This document shows positions 30,495 to 41,631 of a DNA stretch of 64,000 nt, piece after piece. Origin of the DNA: Candidatus Marinacidobacterales bacterium (lineage in GTDB: Bacteria > Acidobacteriota > Vicinamibacteria > Marinacidobacterales > SMYC01); assembly GCA_965237955.1 (NCBI GenBank), contig OZ250169.1, forward strand, positions 1,280,001 through 1,344,000. Reading direction: 5' to 3'. The notes under the pieces were generated by a model. That model worked only from the letters and a program-made list of their open reading frames with translations. It did no database searches and was not told the DNA's origin. The position numbers were made by a program, and so were the translations under genes. Position 1 is the stretch's first letter; the number at the start of each line of letters is the position of its first letter.

Positions 30495-31043
30495 ATGAGC
30501 AAGGCATTCACCAAAGAGTCTGACGAAGGTCCTTTCGACGAGGTCATCCCCGAGCCGAAAGACCTTCTCCCGCCGGGCGCGAAGAACTATGTCACGCCCG
30601 AAGGTGCGGATGCGCTTCGCGCCGAGCTGAAGCGACTCAAGGAAGTGGTGCGCCCGCAAGTGGTTGGGGCCAAGGGCGGCGGCAAAAAGGCCTCATCCGT
30701 GGTGGAGGGCAAAAGCCTCTCCCCTAAGACCCGCCTCGCCGCCATCGATCGGCGCATCCAGTTCTTCCGTGACCGCGTCGCCAACATGGCCGTCGTCGAT
30801 CCCAAATCCCAGGACCAAGACAGCGTGCACTTCGGCGCCACCGTCACCGTGGCCGACGCCGAAGGCAACGAGAGAATCTACAAAATCGTGGGCGTCGACG
30901 AGAGCGAGCCCTCGAAAGGTCGCGTCAGTTTCATCTCCCCGATAGGCAAAGCGCTGATCTCCGCCCGCGAAGGTGACGCCGTTCGCATCGAGCTTCCGGA
31001 CGGAACGATCGAGCTAGAAGTTCTAGAAATCGAATACGTCTAA
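30495..31043 (+). CDS. GreA/GreB-family transcription factor
   Basis: NYVTPEG, IDRRI, VHFGATV, IVGVDE, SFISPIGKAL. Confidence 0.88.
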   Translation: MSKAFTKESDEGPFDEVIPEPKDLLPPGAKNYVTPEGADALRAELKRLKEVVRPQVVGAKGGGKKASSVVEGKSLSPKTRLAAIDRRIQFFRDRVANMAVVDPKSQDQDSVHFGATVTVADAEGNERIYKIVGVDESEPSKGRVSFISPIGKALISAREGDAVRIELPDGTIELEVLEIEYV

Positions 31044-31089
31044 AGTCGTTGCTCGTGTCGGATAGCGGATGGCGTCCACAATCGAATGA

Positions 31090-31531
31090 CTACTTGTGGC
31101 GGACGCCGAGGATGGTGAACCCGATGAGCGCTGTCTTTACGACGTAGATCAAGCGATTGTTCGATTTCGGATCGCCGGGCCAAAAGAAAAAGCCCGGGTT
31201 GACCAAAAGCTCCAACGAATTCTCGGTGACCCCCCTCCAAGGATTCGTTGTCTTCGAACCGGATCCGGGCCCTCAGACCACGCCGGCCAGGATCGGTATT
31301 GAGCGTTTTCTCCTCGAGGTAGTCGCGGTCGCCCGTGAAGTCGCGCACGAAGAACAAGCCCTTCAGCTTGTGCAAATCGACGGGTAGCGGCTCGCCGTTC
31401 ACATCGCTCATTTTCAGTATGCCGCGTACCAGTAGCCGTCCCTTGTCGAGATAGCCGGGAATCAGCTGTCCTTGTTTCGTGCGGGCGATGACCGCGGGCC
31501 GACTGTTGAGGAGCTCTTTGAGGGAATCCAT
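31090..31531 (-). CDS. DUF6982-like hypothetical protein (frameshift ~31232)
   Basis: LKGLFFVRDF…IRFEDNESLEG joins GFFFWPGDPKSNNRLIYV across a homopolymer. Confidence 0.6.
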
Positions 31532-31766
31532 GGTTGGGTGATGATAGGATGCTTGTGCCGTGCCGGACAAGACCGTAGGGGTCATTCTCGGGGGAGGCGT
31601 ACGGACGCGGCTTTTTCCGCTGACAAGATCGTCAAGGAATCTGTCGACGGCCCGACGCTCAGGCGCGCCTGGCGCGCCGGTCCGCTTATTTACGTGCGTT
31701 TCGTCGGCTCCCAAGAACGCGTCGGGTGAGGGAGGGCGCACGCCCCCGATTTCGTCTATCTAGGAT

Positions 31767-32441
31767 GTGAGCATCGACCGCATCCTGCCCATTGATCGGC
31801 CCAGGGAGAAACTTCTCGAGAGGGGCGCTTCTACGCTCGGGGTCAACGAGCTTTTGGCCGTTGTCCTGGGCTCGGGCACGAAGAGCCTGTCCGCCCTGGA
31901 GCTTGCGAACGAGCTCCTCTCCCGTGCCGGTGGCCTAGAAGGGTTGAACGAGGCGAGCCCGTCCGCGCTCGCGAAGCTCCGCGGCCTCAAAGACGCGCGT
32001 GTCGCTCGCATTCTCGCCGCGCTCGAGCTCGGCAAGCGCGCCGCGTGTCCCGTCGAGACCGAGCGTTCGCGGTTTCGCCTTCCGGGAGACGCGGCGAAGT
32101 TTCTGCTCCCCCGTTTCGGAACGAAGCCGCTCGAAGAGTTCGGCGTCCTCGTGCTCGACACTCGCAATCGGCTGAAACGCCTCGAGGTCGTGTCGAGAGG
32201 AATCCTGAACGGCTCGCTCGTCCATCCGAGAGAGGTCTACCGCGAAGCGGCCATCTGCCAGGCCGCGGCGATCATCGCGTTTCACAACCATCCGTCCGGC
32301 GACCCGACGCCATCCCAGGAAGATCGGGTGCTGACCGAACGGCTGCGAAAGGCCGGCAAGATTCTCGGGATCGAGCTTCTGGACCACGTAATCGTGGCGG
32401 CCAGTTGCTACTGGAGCTTCAAGGAGCACAACGACCTTTGA
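31767..32441 (+). CDS. radC: RadC/JAB-domain protein
   Basis: RPREKL, VHPREV, HNHPSGDPTPS.ED, LLDHVI. Confidence 0.93.
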   Translation: MSIDRILPIDRPREKLLERGASTLGVNELLAVVLGSGTKSLSALELANELLSRAGGLEGLNEASPSALAKLRGLKDARVARILAALELGKRAACPVETERSRFRLPGDAAKFLLPRFGTKPLEEFGVLVLDTRNRLKRLEVVSRGILNGSLVHPREVYREAAICQAAAIIAFHNHPSGDPTPSQEDRVLTERLRKAGKILGIELLDHVIVAASCYWSFKEHNDL

Positions 32442-32459
32442 AGGGACTATTGGGCTAGA

Positions 32460-32496
32460 GTCCGCTCCAAGGCGATCCGTGGCGGCATTCACGGCA
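32460..32496 (+). repeat. 37-bp copy of internal larC sequence
   Basis: GTCCGCTCCAAGGCGATCCGTGGCGGCATTCACGGCA matches 35265-35301 with one mismatch. Confidence 0.9.
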
Positions 32497-32568
32497 ATGT
32501 GTTCGTGTGGTGCGATTGACGAGACATTCTTACACGTATACTATACGTATAACTGAAGAGACCCGGCA

Positions 32569-32790
32569 ATGCAGAAAAAGCTGACAATCACGGTGGACGA
32601 AGAGGTTTATGAAGGTCTCAAAGAAGTAATCGGTCCGAGAAAAATCAGCCGGTTCGTGGAAGACCTGGTACGTCCCCATGTCATAAAACCCAAGCTGGAT
32701 ATGCAATACAAAAGGATGGCCGAAGACGAGAAGCGGGAAGCGGAAGCGAGGAGTGGGCCGAGGCCAACCCTACTGGACGCTCACTCATGA
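32569..32790 (+). CDS. Antitoxin upstream of mazF
   Basis: MQKKLTITVDEEVY RHH-like N-terminus; ATGA overlap with the toxin. Confidence 0.8.
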   Translation: MQKKLTITVDEEVYEGLKEVIGPRKISRFVEDLVRPHVIKPKLDMQYKRMAEDEKREAEARSGPRPTLLDAHS

Positions 32791-32974
32791 AGCGTGGCGA
32801 GGTGTGGTGGGTCAATTTTGACCCTTCAGTCGGTGGAGAGATTAGAAAGAGACAACCTGCCGTGATTGTGAGCAATGACGCCGCTAACAAGTACCTGAAT
32901 CGCGTTCAAGTTGTCCCGCTGACGAGCAATGGTGACCGTCTGTATCCGAGCGAATCCATTGTGAAAGTAAAAGG

Positions 32975-34693
32975 GCCTCTCCTGCCATTTCAGTGGATCC
33001 TCTCGAGGGTGAGACCGCCACAGTTTAGGTAGACGAGACTGATGAGAGCTTCGGCAGAGTGGAGTCCAAAGCTGCGGTGGCTCAGCAGCCGGATTTTGTT
33101 GTTCATTCCTTCGAGTCGGCCGTTGCTGAGTCTCCACGTGACCCACGCGATGACGCCATCGAAGTGGCTGCGGATCATCTTCGCCGCGCGTTTGACGGGC
33201 TCTATCCTCGAGCTCATAGCGCGCCGCAGCCATCCTCGGAGAAACTTCTTGGCCCATGTCTCGGTTTTGTAGGTGTAGAGGTCCATGAAGTCGTCGCGCA
33301 GAAGCATGGCGCGGTAGAGGCGACGATTAGCTCGCACCTGCTCGCGGAGCACCCGTTTGTCTTTCGCGCTGCGGTTGTGTTTGGCCTTGAGAAGGGGAAA
33401 CTTGGTGTTCTTGAGGTTGCGCCGGGCAGTCCCTTTGAGCTCGCGCACCAGCTCGCGCCGGGTCTTATCCACGGCCTCGTTCAGATGCTTGACGATGTGG
33501 AAGCGGTCAAAGATCACCCGTGCCTGAGGAGCCTTTTTGCCGACGACAGTTATGTACGGCTCCCACATGTCCATGCTGACCGCTTCGAGCTCCGCGGCTC
33601 TTTGTGGTCCGAGCTTGCGGAAAAACCGCAGCAGCGTCTTGGCCTTGCGCTCCTTTCCCGCCCAGACGACCCGGCCGCTGAGATGGTCTATTACCACTGT
33701 TAAGTACTTGTGGCGTTTGCGGTAGCTGATCTCGTCCATCCCAATCACCCGCAATCCATCGAGCTCGCGCCGCTCATCCCGCTGCTCGGCAACCACTCGC
33801 TGGATGATCCGTCGCACCGAACGCCACGTCACTCGGAAATAGTTCGCTACGGCGCTGACGTCCGTCCTCTGTGCCAGCCACGCTACCTCTTGTTCGAAGC
33901 TTTTGGTAAAGCGGCTTCCCTTGTCTGCCCAAGGCACCTTTTCTCTGACCACTCCACACCGCCGACATACCACTCGTCGGATCGAGTAGCGAAGATAGGT
34001 CTGGACTCCGAACAGGTCCAAGTGCCGCCAGTAGCGATTGTAGCGATCTTTGTTCTTGCGGACCTTTCGTCCGCAAATCCCGCACAGAGGCTTCCTCCTC
34101 CGTGGTACTACATCCACCACCACTCTGGCTTTGTCCGCCTGGAAGTGGAAACCTCGGACCCACAGGCCTTGCAATCCGATGAGCTTGTTGACTAACGTAG
34201 TAACGCGCATCGCGGGAACGCTCTTTTCTCTTTCGGAAAAAAAGATTCTAGCGTTCTCGCCGATGCGCATCTACACATGGCTTACCCTCTCAACCCACGG
34301 GCCTCACCAAATGCCACTGCCCCTCAGCGGGAGACGAGGCTGTGGGAAACGCCCCCACGGTTCTGGTCGTTCAGACCTTGCTCACGACTGAGTTCTCTTC
34401 GAAGCCTGGAAGGGCGTTTTCCATAGCCTCCACTAATCGAGCCCCCCCTTCCTTATTCCATATGAATTAATCTTTCTTGTATATATATCAGGAGGGGCCT
34501 GTGGGCGCTCGTGGGAAACGCGAAGCGTTTTCCAAGCGATTGTGGAAAACGCCGCTCCACGTTTGTACGTGCTCACAACCTTTCCCTAAACGCCTCTCTC
34601 GCCCGGAGTTTCCGGCGTTTTCCACAATCGCGGCAGCGTCCATAGGCCATGCCCTCCAACACAAATCAGATCCCCCGAAACGACAGGAGAACC
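32975..34693 (-). mobile_element. ISL3 family insertion sequence
   Basis: Imperfect TIRs GCCTCTCCTGCCATTTCAGTGGATC / GGTTCTCCTGTCGTTTCGGGGGATC; 8-bp TSD GTAAAAGG at 32967-32974 and 34694-34701. Confidence 0.94.
32990..34210 (-). CDS. ISL3 transposase
   Basis: Zn finger CGIC…CRRC, IGMDE, SMDM, FDRFH, SNGRLEGMNNKI; likely start ATG 34210. Confidence 0.93.
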   Translation of the reverse strand: MRVTTLVNKLIGLQGLWVRGFHFQADKARVVVDVVPRRRKPLCGICGRKVRKNKDRYNRYWRHLDLFGVQTYLRYSIRRVVCRRCGVVREKVPWADKGSRFTKSFEQEVAWLAQRTDVSAVANYFRVTWRSVRRIIQRVVAEQRDERRELDGLRVIGMDEISYRKRHKYLTVVIDHLSGRVVWAGKERKAKTLLRFFRKLGPQRAAELEAVSMDMWEPYITVVGKKAPQARVIFDRFHIVKHLNEAVDKTRRELVRELKGTARRNLKNTKFPLLKAKHNRSAKDKRVLREQVRANRRLYRAMLLRDDFMDLYTYKTETWAKKFLRGWLRRAMSSRIEPVKRAAKMIRSHFDGVIAWVTWRLSNGRLEGMNNKIRLLSHRSFGLHSAEALISLVYLNCGGLTLERIH

Positions 34694-34879
34694 GTAAAAG
34701 GCAAGAAGGCAAAGGCGATGGCCGACCAGATTGCCACCGTGAGCAAATTGCGTTTGATCAACAAACACGGGACGATTGCGAAATCGGACATGCCTGGTGT
34801 CGACCAGGCGATCAAGACTCAGTTGCACTTGAATTGACTTGACCGCCGCGTCGGACATGCGACAACTATCCAGGCACAA

Positions 34880-34996
34880 GGGGACGATGCGGTCGAGGCG
34901 CGTGTCCCTGGCCTTATCGATCTCACCCATGCCGCCAGCGCCGATGGAAGCGATGATCTCGAACGCACCCAATCGAGTCCCGGCGCTGAGGCTCAT
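34880..34996 (-). pseudogene. Ser/Thr kinase N-terminal fragment
   Basis: MSLSAGTRLGAFEIIASIGAGGMGEIDKARDTRLDR, then similarity ends. Confidence 0.75.
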
Positions 34997-35123
34997 GCCG
35001 CAAATGTAGCCGCGCTGTCGAGAGTAATCAACCGCCCAAGCCGATGGCTGACGGCCGATGGCGCCGCGAAGTGCATGCGAGTTGCGAAACCGCCTCTAGC
35101 AGTACAAACTGCACGACCTCTAC

Positions 35124-36296
35124 ATGGGCCAGCGTATTCTCTACTTCGACTGCTCCGCCGGAGCGGCCGGCGACATGATTCTTGCTGCGCTCCTGGATCT
35201 CGGCGTGCCCATCAAGGATCTGCGAGCGGAGCTCGATAAGCTCGCGGTCAAAGGCTTTCGTGTCGTCCGCTCCAAAGCGATCCGTGGCGGCATTCACGGC
35301 ACCCGCGTGCGTGTGGATACGCCGGGCGATCGCGGGCATCGGCACTGGTCGGATTTCGAGCGGGTTCTGAAAAAGAGCCGTCTCTCCAAAGGCGTCAAGG
35401 AACGCTCGCTCGCGCTCATCCGTCGCGTGTTCGAAGCCGAGGCGAAAGTGCACGGCAAAACTCCGGAGTCGATCCACCTTCACGAGCTCGGCTCGCTCGA
35501 TACGCTGGTCGACGTCGTCGGCGCCGTCTGTGGTCTCGAGCTTCTCGGTGTCGACCGCGTGGAGAGCTCCTCTATTAATGTTGGCTCGGGGAGCGTGGAC
35601 ACCGAACATGGGCGCATGCCCATCCCCGCGCCGGCCACCGCGCTATTGTTGAAAGGTGTGCCGGTGTTTGCCGACGGGGAATTCGAGCGGACGACGCCCA
35701 CGGGTGCGCTCCTGGTGACCGGATTCGCCGAGCGTTTCGGGCCGTGGCCGTCGATGACGTTGAAGAAAATCGGCTATGGGCTCGGGACGAAAGATCCCAA
35801 AGGGGGACGGCCCAACGCCCTGCGCCTCGTTCTGGGAGAGGCGAGCTCGCGCCGCACCGACGGCGTCGTCGTTCTGGAAACAACGGTGGACGACACAACG
35901 CCGGAGCAGCTCGGGTTCCTGCAAGAACGTCTATGGGAAGCTGGTGCTCTCGATGTATTCCTGACGCCCGTCATGATGAAGAAGAATCGCCCCGGTACGA
36001 ACGTCACCGTTCTCGTGAGCCCCGGGTCTCGCGAGGCCGCGACCGAGACTCTCTTCCACGAGAGCCCGACGTTTGGCGTCCGTGCTTACACCGTCGAGCG
36101 CGACGTCCTCGATCGCCGCTTCGTGACCGTGAAAACGCGCTACGGCAAGGTACGGGTGAAAGAGGGCTCGCGTGGTGGGAAAGTCGTCAACGCGGCGCCC
36201 GAGTACGAAGATTGCAGGCGCCTCGCGCGCGCGAAAAAAGTTTCTCTAGAAACAATTCAACGGGCTGCGCTCGCAGCCTACGAGGATCTTGCATGA
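35124..36296 (+). CDS. larC: Nickel pincer cofactor biosynthesis protein LarC
   Basis: YFDCSAGAAGDM, AEAKVHG…HLHE, PAPAT, TPTGA, MKKNRPG, PEYEDC. Confidence 0.92.
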   Translation: MGQRILYFDCSAGAAGDMILAALLDLGVPIKDLRAELDKLAVKGFRVVRSKAIRGGIHGTRVRVDTPGDRGHRHWSDFERVLKKSRLSKGVKERSLALIRRVFEAEAKVHGKTPESIHLHELGSLDTLVDVVGAVCGLELLGVDRVESSSINVGSGSVDTEHGRMPIPAPATALLLKGVPVFADGEFERTTPTGALLVTGFAERFGPWPSMTLKKIGYGLGTKDPKGGRPNALRLVLGEASSRRTDGVVVLETTVDDTTPEQLGFLQERLWEAGALDVFLTPVMMKKNRPGTNVTVLVSPGSREAATETLFHESPTFGVRAYTVERDVLDRRFVTVKTRYGKVRVKEGSRGGKVVNAAPEYEDCRRLARAKKVSLETIQRAALAAYEDLA

Positions 36297-36628
36297 GTGA
36301 AGGTGAGAAAATCGCCATCGACGATTTCATGAAAGTCGAGCTACGGGTCGCCAGAATCATCGAGGCGTCCGAGATCGAAGGCGCCGACCGGCTGTTGAAG
36401 CTTCAGGTAGACCTCGGCTCGGAGAAGCGCCAGCTCGTCGCGGGCATCAAGAAGGCCTACACGCCCGAAGAGCTCGTCGGTAAGCACATCGTCGTCGTCG
36501 CCAACTTGAAGCCGGCCCGACTGCGCGGCGAAGAGTCTCAAGGCATGCTCCTCGCAGCCCAGACGGACGACGGACCGGCGCTCGTTTCGTTCGACAAAGA
36601 CGTTACCCCCGGTTCCGTAGTCAAGTAA
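36293..36628 (+). CDS. Stand-alone tRNA-binding protein (MetRS C-terminal/Trbp111/CsaA type)
   Basis: IDDFMKVELRVA…ADRLLKL…RQLVAGI…NLKPA..RGEESQGMLLAA. Confidence 0.88.
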   Translation: MSEGEKIAIDDFMKVELRVARIIEASEIEGADRLLKLQVDLGSEKRQLVAGIKKAYTPEELVGKHIVVVANLKPARLRGEESQGMLLAAQTDDGPALVSFDKDVTPGSVVK

Positions 36629-36646
36629 GTTCCGTGGTCAAGTAAG

Positions 36647-38757
36647 GTGAGACGCGCGCGCCGCCTCCTCCTTCTCGTTCTTGTCGCTAGCGCTTGCGAC
36701 GAGCCCGCGCAGGAGGAAGAGCTTCTTGCCCGACAAATTTCGGTCGCGCAGAAAGACTGGGACGGCATCCTCCTCGAGTTCGGCTCGCCGCGGGCGCTCC
36801 CCCATTTGAGTGAACACGGGTGGTCGCACGGCGAAACCGCGCCCGACGGCAACACGTTTCGCTGGGCGGTCGAAGAGACGTCTTCGTTCACGTTCGTGAG
36901 TGATCGTGAAGGAAACCAGCTGGCGTGGCTCGAATGTGAGCCGTTCCTTTACCAGGGAAGCGCGGCGCAGTGGATCGGGTTGACGGTGAACGGCGAGGAC
37001 CTCACCGAAGTCGAGCTCCGCCCCGCCCGAGAGAGCTACCCTATCGAGCTGCCGTTGGTGGCCGGAGAGAACACCGTCGAGATGCGGTTCCGCTACGCGG
37101 GTGATCCGAATCGAGGCTCGGCGGATCGACGCCGGTTGGCAGCGGCGTTCTATCGATTCGATATTCCTCCCGAATGCGACGAACCCGTTGCTGGTCGGAC
37201 GGGGCCGTTCGCGTGGGTCGATGACGGGCTTCATCTCCCGGCGGGCGGTGGCGTGACGCTCTACGCCGATGTGGACGGCGATGCGCGGCTCGAGCTGACG
37301 ACGAGCGGGCCCGGATTGAAACTGAAGGTTCGCTCGGATGAGCAGTCGCTTGTGGATGTGCGCGTCGACACGTCATTGGTGCGCGAGCTCAGCGCGAGGG
37401 GCGCGATCGAAATCTCGCTCCGGGCGGAAGACGCCATCGTCGTGCGCCCCGAGCTATACGTGCCGGCGTCCGCACCCGTGAAACGCGAGGCTTCTCTTCC
37501 AGGCGCCGTCGACTCCAATATCGTGCTCGTGTTTCTCGACGGCGCCAACGCGCTCCGGTTGAGCCCGACGACGACGCCGGTTCTCGAGGCGCTCGCCGAC
37601 GACAGCATCGTCTTCGACAACGCCGTGAGTCAGGCCGTCTACACCATCGCTTCCATCGGCTCGGTGCTCACGGGTCAGTACCCGGAGCGCCATCAGAGCG
37701 TCTCGTTCGCCGACAAGCTTCGAGACGACGTCGTGACCTTCCCCGCTCTTCTCGCCGAGAACGGTTACCGTACCGCCGGCTTTTCCGGAAACGCGGTCGC
37801 GTCGAAGACGTTCGGCTTGGATCAGGGCTACGAGGAGTTCTTTCAAATCTGGGAGCGTGACGACTACACCGGCCACGGCGACTCGGTTCTGGTTGCTTTC
37901 CGCGATTGGCTCGGCGGCGTCGGTGAGGATCGTTTCTTCGCCTACGTCCATTTCCGCGAGCCCCACTTTCCCTATAACCCGCCGGCACCGTTCGATACCA
38001 AGTTCGGCGCAAGCGACCTCTTCCCTGAAGGCATGGCGGATTGGCCGGTCGTCGAAGCGCTGAACACACAGGCGGCTTCCGGCACCGCGCCGACCAGAGA
38101 AGTCCTCGAGCGCGTGCGAGCGCTCTACGAAGGCAACTTCGCCTATGTCGACGATTTGATCGGACAGCTCATGCGCTGTCTCGAGGACCAAGGTCTCGAT
38201 GACGACACGGTGCTGATCGTGACCGCCGATCATGGTGAGGCGCTGTTCGAGCATGGCTACATCGGCCACAACACGCAGCTCTATGAAGAGAGCATCCGCG
38301 TGCCGCTCATGGTCAAGCTCCCCGGACAGCTCCCGCGCCGAGTGGACGACATCGTCGAGCTCATCGATCTCGCCCCGACGATTCTCGAGCTTGCCGGCGT
38401 CCACGTACCTGAGAGTATGCAAGGCGGAAGCCTCCTCCACCCCGATGCCGACCGGGTGGCCTTCACCCGCACCGTGTGGCAACGAGCCCGTTACAGCGCG
38501 CGCAACGACCGCTACAAGCTCATCTGGGACTCCCGCACCGGCGTGACCGAGCTCTACGATCTCGAATCCGATCCTGGCGAAGCACAGAATATTTACGGAG
38601 AACGCACATTCGTTTCCGGCCATCTGGAACAGCGGCTACTCACCTGGCTAAGAGACCAGGAAGCCCTTCGCGCAGGCGTTTCTCCCGACAGCGCCGAGAT
38701 GACCGAAGAAGAACGCCGAAGACTCGAATCGTTGGGCTACACCAATCTGCCGGTTCG

Positions 38758-38761
<4 letters not shown>
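36647..38761 (+). CDS. Sulfatase-like lipoprotein
   Basis: Lipobox ASAC; FDNAVSQAVYT..S..S.LTG, EPHFPY, TADHGE, GH..LY; C-terminal RLESLGY. Confidence 0.85.
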
Positions 38762-39525
<764 letters not shown>

Positions 39526-39603
39526 CTCACACGAAAGCCGATGCTTACACCCATCCAATGCTGGAATTGCCCGACAGGTCGAATTCCGTAATAATGAGGG
39601 CCG

Positions 39604-40098
39604 ATGGCAGACAGTGCGTTCGACATCGTGTGCAAAGTCGACTTGCAGGAAGTGAAGAACGCTATCCAGCACGCGATGAAAGAGATCGTCAACCGATTCG
39701 ATTTCAAGGGCTCCGGGACCGACATCAAGCTAATAGACGACGGCGGGGCGATCGAGCTCACCTCGTCGGACGAGTACAAGATCCAGAGCGCCCGCGACGT
39801 CCTGGAAACGAAGCTGGTCAAGCGCGGGGTGGCGTTGAAGGCGCTCGAATACGCCAAGATCGAGTCCGCGCTCGGGGGTACGGCGCGCCAGAAAATCACC
39901 CTCCAAAGCGGTATCCCTACCGACAAAGCTCGCGAAATCGTCAAAATGGTGAAGGCCACCAAGCGCAAAGTCCAAGTGTCCATTCAGGGAGATCAGGTTC
40001 GCGTCACCGGCAAGAAGAAGGATGACCTGCAGTCCATTATCGGCCTCTTGAAAGAGACCGATCTCGGAATCGCGATGCAGTTCACCAACTACCGCTAA
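39604..40098 (+). CDS. yajQ: YajQ-family nucleotide/c-di-GMP-binding protein
   Basis: FDIV..VD.QEV.NA, RFDFKG, IQGDQVRV.GKKKDDLQ, QFTNYR. Confidence 0.95.
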   Translation: MADSAFDIVCKVDLQEVKNAIQHAMKEIVNRFDFKGSGTDIKLIDDGGAIELTSSDEYKIQSARDVLETKLVKRGVALKALEYAKIESALGGTARQKITLQSGIPTDKAREIVKMVKATKRKVQVSIQGDQVRVTGKKKDDLQSIIGLLKETDLGIAMQFTNYR

Positions 40099-40121
40099 AG
40101 CGCACGTAGAAAGAACAACTT

Positions 40122-41135
40122 ATGGCGTCGCCTGAAACTCGTCCGCAGCTTCCCGAGCCCTCGTTGTCCATCCAGGATATTTTTTCGGAGATCCAGACCG
40201 ACCTCGATACCGTCGAACAGATCATCCGCGACAAAGTCGATAGCAAGCTCGAGCTCGTGGAATCCTCGAGCCGCTACATTTACCGGGGCGGCGGCAAGCG
40301 CGTGCGCCCGGCTCTGGTGCTGATCGCGTCGCGCGCGTGCGGCTACGAGGGAGAGAAGGGGCCGTCGTACGGCGCGGTCACGGAGTTCATCCACACCGCG
40401 ACGCTCGTCCACGACGACATCGTCGACGAGGCGGTGATGCGGCGAGGCCAGCAGTCCATCAACACGTTGATCGGGAATGACTTCACGGTTCTCCTTGGTG
40501 ACTTTCTCTACATCCGCGCAATCGGGCTCGCGATCGAGATGGGGAGCCTCGAGATCCTGGAAGTCATCACCGAGATCACGCTGCGTATGATCGAAGGCAT
40601 GATCCTCGAGCTCACCCGCGGCGGCGCCGTCGACCTGACGGAAGAAGAGCACCTCGACATTTTGAAACGCAAGACCGCGTACTTGTTCTTCGGCTGCGCA
40701 CGGATGGGCGCCAAGCTCGGCGGAGCGCCGGCCGAAGTCGAGAAAGCCCTCGGCGAGTACGGCATGAACATCGGCATGGCGTTCCAGGTCGCCGACGATT
40801 TGCTCGATTTCACCTCGGACGAAAAAACCCTCGGCAAACCCGTGCTGTCCGATCTGAAGGAAGGCCACGTGACCCTTCCGATCATCTATGCGCTTCAGGC
40901 CGAGCCTCGCGCGCTGCCTACGGTGCAAGCCGTCATCGAGCGCGGGGGGATCGACGAAGTCAGTCGCAAAGAGATTCTCGACCTCGTGCGGAGAAACGGC
41001 TGTCTCGACAAGGCACGGGAGCTCGCCGAAATCTACGCGTTCAAAGCACAGGAGTGCCTCGGAGTCGTTCCCGACTCACGTCACAAAGACGCATTGATGG
41101 CGCTCGCGTACTACGTGATCGAGCGCCACCGGTAA
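40122..41135 (+). CDS. Polyprenyl diphosphate synthase (IspB-like)
   Basis: GGKRVRP, LVHDDIVD…RRG, KTA, FQVADDLLD. Confidence 0.92.
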   Translation: MASPETRPQLPEPSLSIQDIFSEIQTDLDTVEQIIRDKVDSKLELVESSSRYIYRGGGKRVRPALVLIASRACGYEGEKGPSYGAVTEFIHTATLVHDDIVDEAVMRRGQQSINTLIGNDFTVLLGDFLYIRAIGLAIEMGSLEILEVITEITLRMIEGMILELTRGGAVDLTEEEHLDILKRKTAYLFFGCARMGAKLGGAPAEVEKALGEYGMNIGMAFQVADDLLDFTSDEKTLGKPVLSDLKEGHVTLPIIYALQAEPRALPTVQAVIERGGIDEVSRKEILDLVRRNGCLDKARELAEIYAFKAQECLGVVPDSRHKDALMALAYYVIERHR

Positions 41136-41139
41136 TAAA

Positions 41140-41574
41140 CTGAGACGCTACACGAGCCGTCCCCTCCCACCGTATCGCCACGAGCCCGGCAAGACCCCGC
41201 ACCCCGAGCGCGACCCCGAGGGGCATCTGTTCGGGAGTGAAACAGCGAGCCAGGACGACGACTACTTCTATGGTATCGATCTCTTCAACGCCGGCTATTG
41301 GTGGGAGGCGCACGTGTACTGGGAGCGCCTCTGGTCTGAGTCTCCGGCTCCACACGCCATGGAGTTTCTCCAAGGCTTGATTCAGCTGAGTGCCGCCCTC
41401 GTGAAGCGACGCGAAGGGAGCGGGAAAGGCGAGGCCAAGCTCATCGCAAAAGCCCTCGAGAAACTGCGCGCGGCCCGAAAGCATTCGGGTGAGGTCTTCA
41501 TGGGGGTTCGCCTCGATCCGCTCATCGACCAAGTCGAAGAAGGCGCGATCCCGACGATCGAGCTCCAAGTGTAA
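41140..41574 (+). CDS. DUF309-like protein, start codon uncertain (CTG?)
   Basis: Frame open from 41119: RYTSRPLPPY…HP..DPEGH…GIDLFNAGYWWEAH..WE…QGLIQ. Confidence 0.7.
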   Translation: MRRYTSRPLPPYRHEPGKTPHPERDPEGHLFGSETASQDDDYFYGIDLFNAGYWWEAHVYWERLWSESPAPHAMEFLQGLIQLSAALVKRREGSGKGEAKLIAKALEKLRAARKHSGEVFMGVRLDPLIDQVEEGAIPTIELQV

Positions 41575-41631
41575 TCCGTTTTGTTCTAAGGGTTTAGAGC
41601 CACGTGCTATACTCCGGAAAATACCGGAAAC

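Larger units (their letters stand above)
32787..34837 (+). pseudogene. mazF: PemK/MazF toxin split by ISL3
   Basis: MKRGEVWWVNFDPSVGGEIRK…VSND…VVPLTS; after IS removal reads VKVKGKKAKAMADQIATVSK…QLHLN*. Confidence 0.92.

Noticed and set aside
31560-31640. glgC-like N-terminus (VILGGG..TRLFPLT)
   Set aside because: Similarity lasts ~25 codons; at most a tiny remnant.
36612-36645. 17-bp tandem duplication of a gene end
   Set aside because: Local slippage with no functional signal.
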